From positions 79,362,001-79,426,000 of the forward strand of contig NC_087436.1 of assembly GCF_036321535.1 (NCBI RefSeq): a DNA stretch of 64,000 nucleotides, given 5' to 3'. A program made the translations under genes and the position numbers. Every line of letters begins with the position of its first letter. Within the stretch, counting starts at the first letter, position 1. Below the pieces are notes generated by a model. That model saw only the letters and a program-made list of their open reading frames with translations, did not search any database and was not told the DNA's origin. The stretch comes from Camelus dromedarius. Taxonomy: Eukaryota. Shown here piece after piece: positions 43,501 through 64,000 of the stretch.

Positions 43501-46500
43501 AAAATAAAAGTGCCCATTGTTTTTGATCTAGCAGGATTGCTTCTAGGGCTCTTTACCTACAGAACGAAAAGCAAGGGCATACAAAGGTTACATGCAAGGT
43601 GTTCACAGCATTGTTTATATATAACAAAGAGCCACCGCGGGGGTAAAGGCTGAATGAATTAGCGCACAATCATATTATGTAATTCTTTGCAGCCTGAAAT
43701 ATTTCAAATGACTATGTATTTCTACTTTAAAAGTATTTCAATATTGTACAGCCCAGAGAAATATAGCCATTATTTTGCAACAACTTTAAAATGAGTATAA
43801 TCTATAAAAATATTGAATCACTATGTTGTACACCTGAAACTAATATAATATTGTAAACCAACTATATTTAGGAATTTCAAAAATATTTAAATACTTAAAT
43901 GTAATATTTAAAAATATTAAATATAAAAACATATATTAAAAAATACACCAGACTAGTATCACCCATTAGTTATCGAACTGCAGATGTTTGTGTGAAAATA
44001 CAACTTGACCATATCCACATTTTATCCACCTCAGATTTTTAAACTATAAGTTGACCAAAATAATGAATATTTAGAAATAGCATTTATCTTCACACACTAA
44101 AAAAAAAAAAAATTACATTAACTTAGTTCCCAACATTTCAATAAAACACATTAAGCATGTAATTCTATGATTAAATGGCAAAAATAACAGTATTAGGTTG
44201 AAGTTCTCTAGTTAAGTGGTTCTCAATTTTCCACACATCTGCATCACTTGGAGGGCTTATTAAAGCACGTTGTCAGGTCGCAGCCTCAGAGGTTCTGACT
44301 CAGGAGATCTGGGGTGAAGCCTAAGAATGTGCATTGAAATGCACATCACAAATTTCCAGGTGATGCTGATGCTGCAGTCCAGGAACTGCACTTTGAGAAG
44401 CACTGCTTTAGCTCAATGAAAAGTGGCACACATGTTTATGCTTTAAATCAGTCATGTCGTTAAGCCAGATTTACAAGTAAAAAGAGATTTAAAAAGTTAT
44501 TTACTGAAGCTCTTACTTAGAAGTGATCAATATAATTACCAACAGTCATTACCAAAACCTAACTTGGCATGTCCTCGACACAGAACATAACTGGCAAAAC
44601 AACTATTATTATTATTACCCCTTTTTAATAGATCAGGAACTAAGGCTAAAAGTGCAAAACTTGTGTTTAAGTGACAAGGCCAGAATTCATAATCAGGCTG
44701 GCAACCTCCAGCAGTTAAGAACCTACCAGAGTTTACCAGGCACAGTGCTAGTTACATAAGAAAAAGATGAGTTAGAGCGAGCCCTGTCCACAGGGTACTC
44801 ATTCTGGCAGGAGATGCAGATTAAAACAAAGAACAAGGTGCTAGAAGAAAAGCAGAGGGAAGAAAGTTAACATCTACTTCAAGGGCAATACACACCTTTA
44901 GCTCTTAAACCGCAAACCTCACAATTTAGAATTTGTTAGACTCTTGTAAAGTCTTATATTGTTTCCTGCAGTCCTACATCTCCAACCTGATTGTCTTCTC
45001 CCTGAGATGAGACCCCATGTTTTCATGTGGTTCATAAGATACTAACTTAGGAGTTTCAGAAGTAATTGTGAAGTGACTGGTTGGTAGGCTGCTCTTCCAG
45101 GATGGCAGCAAGCATCCCTTCTTTGTCTAAAATGACACAATCTGAAATATATGCAAGGACCTTGGATTTTTGAAAATGTTACAAGATAAATTATTAATAC
45201 TATTTTTTTCCACTTAAACCGTAACTTCAGCTGTCTTTAAAGATGTTTCATTTTAATCAACGGTATTACAAATACTGACTTCTTTCACTCAAGATACCTG
45301 AACAGTCAAAGGAATTTCAACAGCTAAGTTTTGGTAGCCAAGTAAGAGGCAGCTAAGGAAGCATTAGCTAAGAAAACTGAGGAGCAGCCAGACAATCACA
45401 GAAAAAACCAGGAGTAGAATGTCAAGAAGCCAAGAAATGGATATTTCAAGAAGTGTCTGTCAATTGTGTCCGGTAAGCTACTGAGAAGTCAATAAAGTTA
45501 AGAACTAAAAGCATCACTGGGTTTAGACCCTCCCCCCAGTCATTATATATTGAGAGTACAGAACACAGAGTCGGAGTGGGCTGGGAAACCGAGGTGAGGA
45601 AAAGGAGGCAGCAAGGATAACAGGTTGGAGGAGTGTGACCATGGAGGGATGGAAAGAGGCTCAACAGTAGCAGGATAGGGATGGAAGGCTGAGAGAGGAC
45701 AGATGTTTCGTTTTAAGATGAGAAACATGACCACAAAAGCATCTGTTTTCTACTGATTTGCACCAATATTATGGTAATGATGGTAATTTTTTTTCATCCC
45801 AGCAAAAAACATTACCATATAATTTTTCAATTCTCTTGAACTGAACATAAAGGTCTCTCACTTTGCTGGGTAAGGAATAAAAAGGACCACGGTCATCTGA
45901 TGATGACTCAATTGTTTTCTTAGCAACATTAATTTCTTCAGATAGGAGAGCCTCTTTGAGCTGTTTAGTCCTAGAAAATATTGGTGTTTGGGCCTTGGCA
46001 TTTCCAGTCATGGTACTTTTTAGATGATCTTTAAGACTTTTTCTCCTATTCACATCTGAACTAGCTCTGACTTTAGAAGAGGATTCATCAATTTGCTGGG
46101 CCTGATCTATGCTATTAGTGGGCAATTCCTCATTTGCAGTCTTGTGAGAGGATGAGCTCCAATCCCTCTCTTTAGCAGATGGATCTCTAAAGTCATTTGA
46201 AGACTTGTGCAAATTTTCAAAGAATAAAACTTGTGAAGAAGGTACATCATACAGAAGATCAGCTTCAGGTTCAAGAGAGACATCTTCACGACCACTTTGG
46301 TTCTTTGTGTGCTCATCCAGTTTTAATTCAGTAAAGTTGCCTACAGTAGTTATGCTGAGCGTTTTGTGGTTAATGCTTTCTGCACAAGGATCTTCAGTGG
46401 CATGGTCTGTAGCATGCTTCCTATGTTCAGGAAGTTGCATATATTTTTGTTCCAGGTCATCAATTTGAGCTAAAAGAGAGTTTTCAGCAAAGCTATCATT

Positions 46501-47523
46501 GTCACCAAACATGTCCTCTTCGCTCTCAATGTTCTGGAAAGAAAACAAAACAAACAAACAAAAACTTATGCCCAATTCTAGCTTCATTAAAAGTTGTGGC
46601 CTACGGCTCTACCAGGTATATAACTATATGGTCACATATGAATCAGGCATCTAAACGTAAATCACCCTGTGAAATAAACACCATCACCCCCATTTTACAG
46701 ATGAGAAAATGGAGGCCTAGAGGGGTTAAGTGACTGGCATAAACTGTACTCCTAGTGTATGGTGATGCTGGGATCCTAACCGTCAAGCTAGTGATAAATT
46801 CTGAAAATGGCAGCAAGACCAGTAGCCATCTACTGAGAAGGATGTCATCTCACTAGAAGTTTCTGATAACTGCATTACCCTTTCCCCTTCTCAAACTCCA
46901 ATCTGCAGAGACTGGCCTGTAACAAAATCATGTTTGTATCACTGGACACTCCAAGGAGATTCTGTTGGCAGAAATTTGGAATTGAAAGGGCAAGTGACTT
47001 GGGATGGTCTGCTAAACAGAATAGACACAAATTTGGAGGTAGCAATATAGTGGTTAAGAACACAGGATTACCTCCAAGTGAGGATTAACAGCGATAACAA
47101 AGACGAGGTAAGCACATGAAGGTCAGTAGACAGTTGGCCAATTGGAAGGGAACTGCCAATTTTTAATTTTTTTATTTTTATTTTTTTTGCGTTTCAAGAT
47201 CCACGCCTTCTGTAGCTGGTCTCCCATAGCTCTTTCAGTGAGCATGCGCAGTAGGAGATCTAGGTTTGGATCATCACCCCTAAGGTGGGAAATGGAACGT
47301 GGAACTCTGGGGAATCTGAAAGGTGGTGGGGCTGTACCTCGACAGGCTGCACGTCCACAGTTTTCCGCCGCCGGTTCCCAGCCCCTATCTCGTCCTCTTC
47401 CTCCTCCTCATCGCCAGACTTGAGCTCCGCCGCGGTGGGCGCGGCAAAAACGCTCTCTAGGCTAGGACGGTTCCTTTTGTGAAAGAACACCCGCCGGCGA
47501 ATGCGGGAGCCACCTTCATCCAT
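13421..47523 (-). CDS. HELQ: Helicase POLQ-like (HEL308), complete 18-exon CDS, 1076 aa
   Basis: join(complement) 47338-47523,45816-46533,42337-42515,41437-41637,40926-40998,39527-39624,38291-38389,36880-37025,33908-34147,31599-31740,31122-31226,25110-25365,24024-24181,22978-23076,19879-20052,17660-17773,16669-16803,13421-13528 = 3231 nt. All introns are GT-AG with consistent phases. Motifs: Walker A PTSGGKT, DELH box, motif III SAT, motif [10 protein letters not shown], motif [10 protein letters not shown]. Confidence 0.97.
14560..15145 (+). mobile_element. Old L1 (L1MC-like) 3' fragment
   Basis: 'atggatttagaaaatcatcatttg...ctaattacaaagggaaaa...aaccaaatgatcagagtca'. Confidence 0.55.
16538..16632 (+). 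mobile_element. tRNA-derived camelid SINE
   Basis: 'ggtatacctcagtggtagagtgcatgcttggc...cctggttcaaacccc'; flanking ataccataaag / gtatcataaag TSD. Confidence 0.78.
16669..16803 (-). CDS. HELQ: HELQ exon 17 ([10 protein letters not shown]...VSSAK)
   Basis: cag|AGT acceptor, AAG|gtaag donor, 135 nt. Confidence 0.95.
17660..17773 (-). CDS. HELQ: HELQ exon 16 (ELEEFWVY...VTGVLE)
   Basis: cag|GAA acceptor, GAG|gtcagt donor, 114 nt. Confidence 0.95.
19879..20052 (-). CDS. HELQ: HELQ exon 15 ([11 protein letters not shown]...HFCE)
   Basis: tag|AAG (NAGNAG) acceptor, GAG|gtaat donor, 174 nt. Confidence 0.94.
20293..20761 (+). mobile_element. MLT1C-like MaLR solo LTR
   Basis: TG...CA ends; 'tgcagatgtaattagttaag', 'ttgatttcagacttctggcctcc', 'aataaatttctgctatttta'. 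Confidence 0.8.
22569..22722 (+). mobile_element. tRNA-derived camelid SINE
   Basis: 'gggtatagctcagtggtagagtgcatgcttagcatgcacaaggtcctgggttcaatccccagtacctcc'; gccttac TSD. Confidence 0.85.
22978..23076 (-). CDS. HELQ: HELQ exon 14 (FTQLSPAEQ...QAIKK)
   Basis: tag|TTT acceptor, AAG|gtacc donor, 99 nt. Confidence 0.95.
24024..24181 (-). CDS. HELQ: HELQ exon 13 (TIDLAYCD...WMIYFRQ)
   Basis: tag|GG acceptor, CAG|gtgag donor, 158 nt. Confidence 0.95.
24300..24950 (+). mobile_element. Old L1 (L1ME-like) 3' fragment
   Basis: 'aaatgtccatcaataaaagaatggttaaatagattatggtat'. Confidence 0.55.
25110..25365 (-). CDS. HELQ: HELQ exon 12 ([11 protein letters not shown]...RASFK), contains an internal 36-nt duplication
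   Basis: cag|ATT acceptor, G|gtaag donor, 256 nt; lies within ORF 25081..25374. Confidence 0.95.
25697..25812 (+). mobile_element. tRNA-derived camelid SINE
   Basis: 'gggagggtacagttcagtggtagagtgtg...caaggtcctgggttgaacccc'; TSD aattattactaattc / aattatcaccaattc. Confidence 0.8.
25915..26012 (+). mobile_element. Short L1 3' end with poly(A)
   Basis: 'gttcatgtacaactgaaaaattgtgctctacactggaattt...aataaaaaatgttaaaaa'; same type recurs at 40.2 kb. Confidence 0.65.
27068..27760 (+). mobile_element. 5'-truncated L1 (ORF2 C-terminus plus 3' UTR)
   Basis: ORF 27289..27504 '[38 protein letters not shown]' is the L1 ORF2 C-terminus; poly(A); TSD aataaaattaca / aatacaattaca. Confidence 0.9.
28000..29650 (-). 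mobile_element. Degraded L1 ORF2 (reverse transcriptase region)
   Basis: ORF 28669..28926 '[11 protein letters not shown]...YRPISL' is the L1 RT N-terminal motif. Confidence 0.85.
31122..31226 (-). CDS. HELQ: HELQ exon 11 ([12 protein letters not shown]...LIGLK)
   Basis: tag|GTA acceptor, AAG|gtattt donor, 105 nt. Confidence 0.95.
31599..31740 (-). CDS. HELQ: HELQ exon 10 (VILRAP...[10 protein letters not shown]...DKQQ)
   Basis: tag|A acceptor, CAG|gtaat donor, 142 nt. Confidence 0.96.
31962..31998. repeat. (TTTAA)n pentanucleotide microsatellite
   Basis: Direct reading. Confidence 0.85.
32340..33880 (+). mobile_element. Highly degraded old L1 (ORF1/ORF2 remnants)
   Basis: A-rich plus strand; endonuclease-like 'ataattacagtgggagatcctaacataccctc' and RT-like 'aaaacatttgataaattc...agctaggaattgaa'. 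Confidence 0.55.
33908..34147 (-). CDS. HELQ: HELQ exon 9 (YHHSGL...[13 protein letters not shown])
   Basis: tag|G acceptor, AG|gtaag donor, 240 nt. Confidence 0.96.
36880..37025 (-). CDS. HELQ: HELQ exon 8 (YSDTLKK...LVFCPTKK...ILSK)
   Basis: cag|TAT acceptor, AA|gtatgt donor, 146 nt. Confidence 0.95.
38291..38389 (-). CDS. HELQ: HELQ exon 7 (VELKEYLK...LLNYK)
   Basis: caag|GTT acceptor, AAG|gtaacc donor, 99 nt. Confidence 0.95.
39527..39624 (-). CDS. HELQ: HELQ exon 6 ([11 protein letters not shown]...FRP)
   Basis: tag|AA acceptor, CCA|gtatgt donor, 98 nt. Confidence 0.95.
39763..39975. mobile_element. Tigger2-derived MITE (MER8/MER28-like)
   Basis: Terminal inverted repeats caggtgacccttgaacaacac / gtgttgttcaagggtcaactg, flanked by TA on both sides. 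Confidence 0.85.
40095..40325 (+). mobile_element. L1 3' end fragment
   Basis: 'agataaacaagattattctgtatag...gactataactcaataaaaaaatgttttaaaa'. Confidence 0.7.
40926..40998 (-). CDS. HELQ: HELQ exon 5 ([24 protein letters not shown])
   Basis: aag|CTG acceptor, A|gtaag donor, 73 nt. Confidence 0.94.
41437..41637 (-). CDS. HELQ: HELQ exon 4 (VSGLSSFG...LVVVDE)
   Basis: tag|GTT acceptor, GAG|gttggt donor, 201 nt. Confidence 0.95.
41690..41822 (+). mobile_element. tRNA-derived camelid SINE
   Basis: 'gggggaggatatagctcaggtggtaaagtgcatgc...caaggtcctgggttcaatt' plus (AAAT)n tail. Confidence 0.82.
42337..42515 (-). CDS. HELQ: HELQ exon 3 (Walker A, LPTSGGKT)
   Basis: cacag|AA acceptor, AAG|gtgtgg donor, 179 nt. 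Confidence 0.96.
44214..44406. mobile_element. MER5A DNA transposon fossil
   Basis: TIR-like ends agtggttctcaa / ttgagaagcact; internal 'ttccaggtgatgctgatgctgc'. Confidence 0.75.
45816..46533 (-). CDS. HELQ: HELQ exon 2 ([10 protein letters not shown]...IEKLY)
   Basis: ttccag|AAC acceptor, G|gtaat donor, 718 nt; lies within ORF 45769..46587. Confidence 0.96.
47338..47523 (-). CDS. HELQ: HELQ exon 1 (coding part; [12 protein letters not shown]...QPVE)
   Basis: ATG in strong Kozak context (gccATGG) at 47523. Donor GAG|gtacag at 47338/47337, phase 0, matching exon 2. Read-through hits TAG at 47260-47262. Confidence 0.85.
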
Positions 47524-47929
47524 GGCTGGGGCCGAGGGCCCTGCCCGAACCTCGTCCCCCGTGACCCAGCCGCCAGAGCCCAATGGAGGAGTTAGTGCAG
47601 CAACAGGGAGCGGGTAGCCACAGGTGGAAACCCCGCTCGCCCCTCCATCCACCTTTGGGAAAGACTACAAACCAATTGTCAGGGCTCTGGGGCCGGAAAC
47701 GCAAGCACAAGCGTGGGAACCCGCTCTCTCCTCGTCCAATCTCCTGGGCCCCGCTTGCGGGAAGGTGCCGCGCAGGCGCATTGAAAACCCCACGTGCTCT
47801 TTTCTGACGTTCGCGGCGTTCGCCTGCGGAACCTTTGAACCGAGTACTCGGGCCAGCAGGGGAAGAACACCGGAAGGGACTTATCAGGACGATTTGGAAA
47901 AAGGAAAGGAAGAGGAGGAGCAAGGAACC

Positions 47930-52650
<4,721 letters not shown>

Positions 52651-52669
52651 ATTACATAAAGTTACCATC

Positions 52670-52691
52670 AATAAACTTATTTTACAATAAA
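52670..52691 (+). terminator. Tandem AATAAA polyadenylation signals of MRPS18C
   Basis: AATAAA at 52670-52675 and 52686-52691, followed by GT-rich tgtgtggt. Confidence 0.75.
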
Positions 52692-54571
52692 TGTGTGGTA
52701 GTAATACTGACTCAAACTATAAGTTTTAATAACCTTTGAGTAGAAAACTAATAGGCTAAATCTTAAGTATTAACTTTTTAATTCTTAATAATTTGAAATT
52801 TTATGAGGAAAAAGTGTTTCAAGAGAGAAGCTTCCTCTCCATGAGAATGTTCATTAAGTGAATCAGATTATTTAAAATGTTACTACTCATTACAGTTTGC
52901 ATACATATGAATAAAAAAATCGGTACCGTGGGATTTTCACTTATATCTAGTCCTCAAATAGCTCATACAACTACCACTGATACTGAGATGTTAAACATGA
53001 AAGGGATGACTTGTACTGGAATTTTACTTTGGGCTCAGATTCTGCCTTGTAAATAGGACTGTGGGGATGGGAGTGTAGGAGAGTGAAATGTTTATATAAT
53101 GTACAAATCCCACATGACAGGATGTGAACTTAAAATTGCTAAGGAAGATTTTCTAACGAGCAAGTAAGTACGCTGGCTAAGACTTGTCTTTCCTCTGTAG
53201 AGATGTTACATGGAGATGCACAGTGGTGCTGTCACAGGACCTAACATTCATTCCTGGACTAGTGTGTCCTGAAGCTGCTAGTTTCCTATAAATAAGCCAG
53301 TCCATAGGCAATCTGCTACATCATCTTCTTATCCAGTGATGCAAACTAACTGCCAAAAGGTGGAGAGTAATGGAGAAAAAGTGTCCTACAAGGATTCTTT
53401 TCCTCCTTTTCATTGAATACCCTAAAAGTTGGGATATCAATTATTTTTAAATTAGAGCTCAGACTGAACCCTATTTCCTCTCCTGCCGTGTGCTTCTTAC
53501 GTAACCAGTGAAACAATCTCAATAGAAACTCATTATTTGCACAAATTGTCCCTGGTATTATGTGGGCTTCAGAAGCACCCCATGGTAACCAATGCATGTT
53601 GACATATAGATAAAAGAGTTTTTGATACTAGCTATGAATATGCTTTACTACTTAGGCAGTAACTGATGGCAGAGCCGTGGTCAACATGTGGGTTCAGCAT
53701 TGCACCCACTGAGTACCACATGAAGCCTGCATGTGATGTGTCTGCTTCATGGGAAATTCTGTTATGGAAAAGACAAAGACAAAAAACACAGTCAAAGCTC
53801 TTTTTATCAACCTCCACTTAACCAACTCACTGGATTAAACTGGGGCCTTACATCCTCCTTAAAAATTACACTCAAGCCCATGACTTTCCTAACCTACTGA
53901 ATTCTACATTGCCAAGAGTCAGCTATTTTGTTCCCAGACCTATGTTAGCTGCATTTTTGTAGCGATAAGCATGAGCATTAGAAAGTTACTGTTGCAATGA
54001 AAACTAAGTAAGTGAGAAGATTTGATAAAGATAACTAGATTAAAAAAAAAGCTGTCAAATTAGGTATGGTTAGGACAATTAAGATTGGGAATGAGAAATG
54101 AAAAAAGAACTAGTAGCATTTTATCCTTAGGTTGCTTTGCAAGTTTTCTTTAAAGAAACTAAAACTGGGAATTGTAAAGGTTAAGTAATGGGTGTGATTT
54201 TCATAGGAACTCCAATGCATTCTTAGAAAAGTCCCTGGCCCTACAGTAAAAGTTTGAGAAATCAATGTATACTTTGGCTGTATGTTAAAATGAAACCTCT
54301 GATAGATGCCATATGTATGTGTACATATCATTTGAGTCCCACTTAACTGGCCTTTTCACCTAATTGACCAACTGCAGATCCCAAACACACTGCATTACTA
54401 GGCTTATTCTGAATTCAAATTCTGGATTCACTCAATTTAAAGTACTTTATAAAATAAATGCACCAGAACTTATCTATGTGTTACTGCAAAGAGCTGAACA
54501 TAGTGCAAACAATAGAAATGTCTGGCATTACCCTTCAGCTGATCAAAAATCTCCAACTTGGTTTAAAAGAA

Positions 54572-62143
<7,572 letters not shown>

Positions 62144-63160
62144 CTAAAAATATGAACGGTTTTATTAGCACTTTCAAGTTTAGTAACTCCTAAAGTAACT
62201 ACCTAACCAAAATCCACATACCTACTTGCCTGTGAGGTGAAGTTCTAAAATAAACAGGAGAGAAAGTTCTCAAATTAACAGACTTAAAGTGGTAGAAATA
62301 TGAGGTCCACAAGCAATGAAAGAGGAAAAGGAGTAGAGAAACTTCAAGGGGTAAGTTTGGACATCACATTTTTTAAAACCTAAAACAAAACAAACTATCC
62401 ATTAAATACAGATACTTGTGAGTTCACATAGCTAGTTAACAATTTACTTAACAAAACTTTTTTTTTTTTACAATAATGATACATACAAAAGAATGGGTAA
62501 TATGAGTAATGAAGGACAGTAACAAAAAGACAATTTATTCATTGCTAATTCCAAAAGCTATACTTAAATTAAGAGAAGTGATTTGGGAGTTGGTTGTTTT
62601 TGTTTGGGGGTAAGGAGGGGGATAGGTTATTGGTTTAGTTATAGTGATCTTTGTTCTGTAGCTGGATGTAGGGAGATGGGAAAGATGTAGGGAGAAAGGG
62701 AAAATAGTTTTAAAAGATTCTAAAGCATTTACTTCCAGCTTTCTTTTCCCTCCAGGAATTGCAAATAGTATTTTCCTCCTTTTAACATTCATCAGGATCA
62801 ACACTGTTCTTTTCTATGATGAAATATGTTAGGCAGAATCCATGACAAATAACATTCACTGTAATAGGCTTTTACTGGTAATTCTAATCTGTACACTGAA
62901 AAAATTCAGTTACATAAAACTGAAAAAATATATCCTAACAGGTAATATATTAACTTACAAAACAGACAAAATAAAATGTTCCACCTACCATAGGGGAGGT
63001 AACTCAGCTCATCGAACAGATCCCTCCATTTTATCTATTTATTCCAACATGAAAAATCTAAAAAGAGGTTATTCCTATATTTCTCTAGGACGGTCCACTT
63101 CTGAGATTCTCAAACTGGGGCATAAGGCAATAAATACATCAGGGTATATAAGAAACAATA

Positions 63161-63300
63161 GAGGGGGAGGATATAGCTCAAGCGAGAGGGCATGCTTAGC
63201 ATGCAAGAGGTCCTGGGTTCAATCCCTAGCACCTCCTCTAAAAATAAATAAACCTAATTACTTCCCCCATTCCCACCAAAATAAAATAATTAGATAATAC
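63161..63300 (+). mobile_element. tRNA-derived camelid SINE
   Basis: 'gggggaggatatagctcaagcgagagggcatgcttagcatgcaagaggtcctgggttcaatccc'. Confidence 0.82.
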
Positions 63301-63557
63301 AATGATAAACAAAGGAACAATAGGACAACAGTGTACATCTTCTGTGCAAGCACTGATTTTATGTGAAGTTTCTGGGAAGGGGGGCATTTTTATGTAGAAA
63401 TAGATACACTGTGTGGTGCAGCAGAATTCATGTTGAACTGCATACTTTTTTTTTGAAGTGACTTCAGTGGGCTGTTTTCCAGGTCCTTCCCCCAGATTTC
63501 TGAGGTAAAGGAATCAGTGTATTTCAGTGGAAAACTTTGAGAAACAATGTATTACAG

Positions 63558-63740
63558 CAGGGTTGACAAACTTTTTCTGTAAAGGGCCAGATAGTAAATA
63601 TTTTAGGCTTTGCTGAACATAGTCTCTGCTACATATTCCTCCATTGTTCTTTTTTCAAATTATATTAAAAATATATTAACTATTCATAAATAAAGGGCAT
63701 ATAAAAACAGGCCATGGGGCTAGACTCTGCCACCCTCTGT
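63558..63740. mobile_element. MER58-like hAT DNA transposon fossil
   Basis: 'cagggttgacaaactttttctgtaaagggccagatagtaaatattttaggctttgc'. Confidence 0.75.
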
Positions 63741-64000
63741 ATTAGAACATAAAACTGGGATTAAAGCTTATCCAGCTCAGGCTCGAACAAGTATGGTATC
63801 AGAAGACTGTTTTTAATATGGTCACTTGTATGATTTAAAACAAGGAAGAAACAGCCTGGTATGCTGCTGGATTAGAACTCAAAGAACCCCGATTCTTCCA
63901 GGTCTGCCCTACTGCTCTCCAGTTCTTCCCCCAAACCCCAGGTTTGTAAAACTAAAAGGTCGAGGCATGGGCGTCTCATCACTGGATCAGATGGCTTCCT

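Noticed and set aside
47260..47652. 130-aa ORF as a standalone protein or extended HELQ
   Set aside because: GTG start; it is HELQ exon 1 plus leader plus intron read-through

Overview
Mammalian genomic DNA, probably camelid, judged from six copies of a tRNA-derived Vic-1-type SINE plus cetartiodactyl-type L1 3' ends. The window covers the HELQ-MRPS18C-ABRAXAS1 locus. HELQ (minus strand) is complete: 18 coding exons, 47523->13421, 3231 nt, 1076 aa. MRPS18C (plus strand) is complete: 6 coding exons, 47930->52650, 143 aa, head-to-head with HELQ across a ~400 bp CpG-rich bidirectional promoter. ABRAXAS1/FAM175A (minus strand) is partial: exons 4-9, 62108->54572, tail-to-tail with MRPS18C; exons 1-3 lie beyond the window. 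All exon boundaries were read from the sequence as GT-AG with consistent phases. The first 13 kb is intergenic and mostly decayed repeats. I found no evidence of a new biological system. The most notable details are: (i) an in-frame 36-nt tandem duplication in HELQ exon 12; (ii) the human-type long HELQ exon 1 is frameshifted and has lost its donor; (iii) a near-perfect 144-bp tandem duplication in ABRAXAS1 intron 7 with a consensus 5' splice site in only one copy; (iv) an SQ motif in the ABRAXAS1 BRCA1-binding tail. Comparisons with human or mouse proteins and all repeat family names come from memory, not database searches. Repeat boundaries are approximate.
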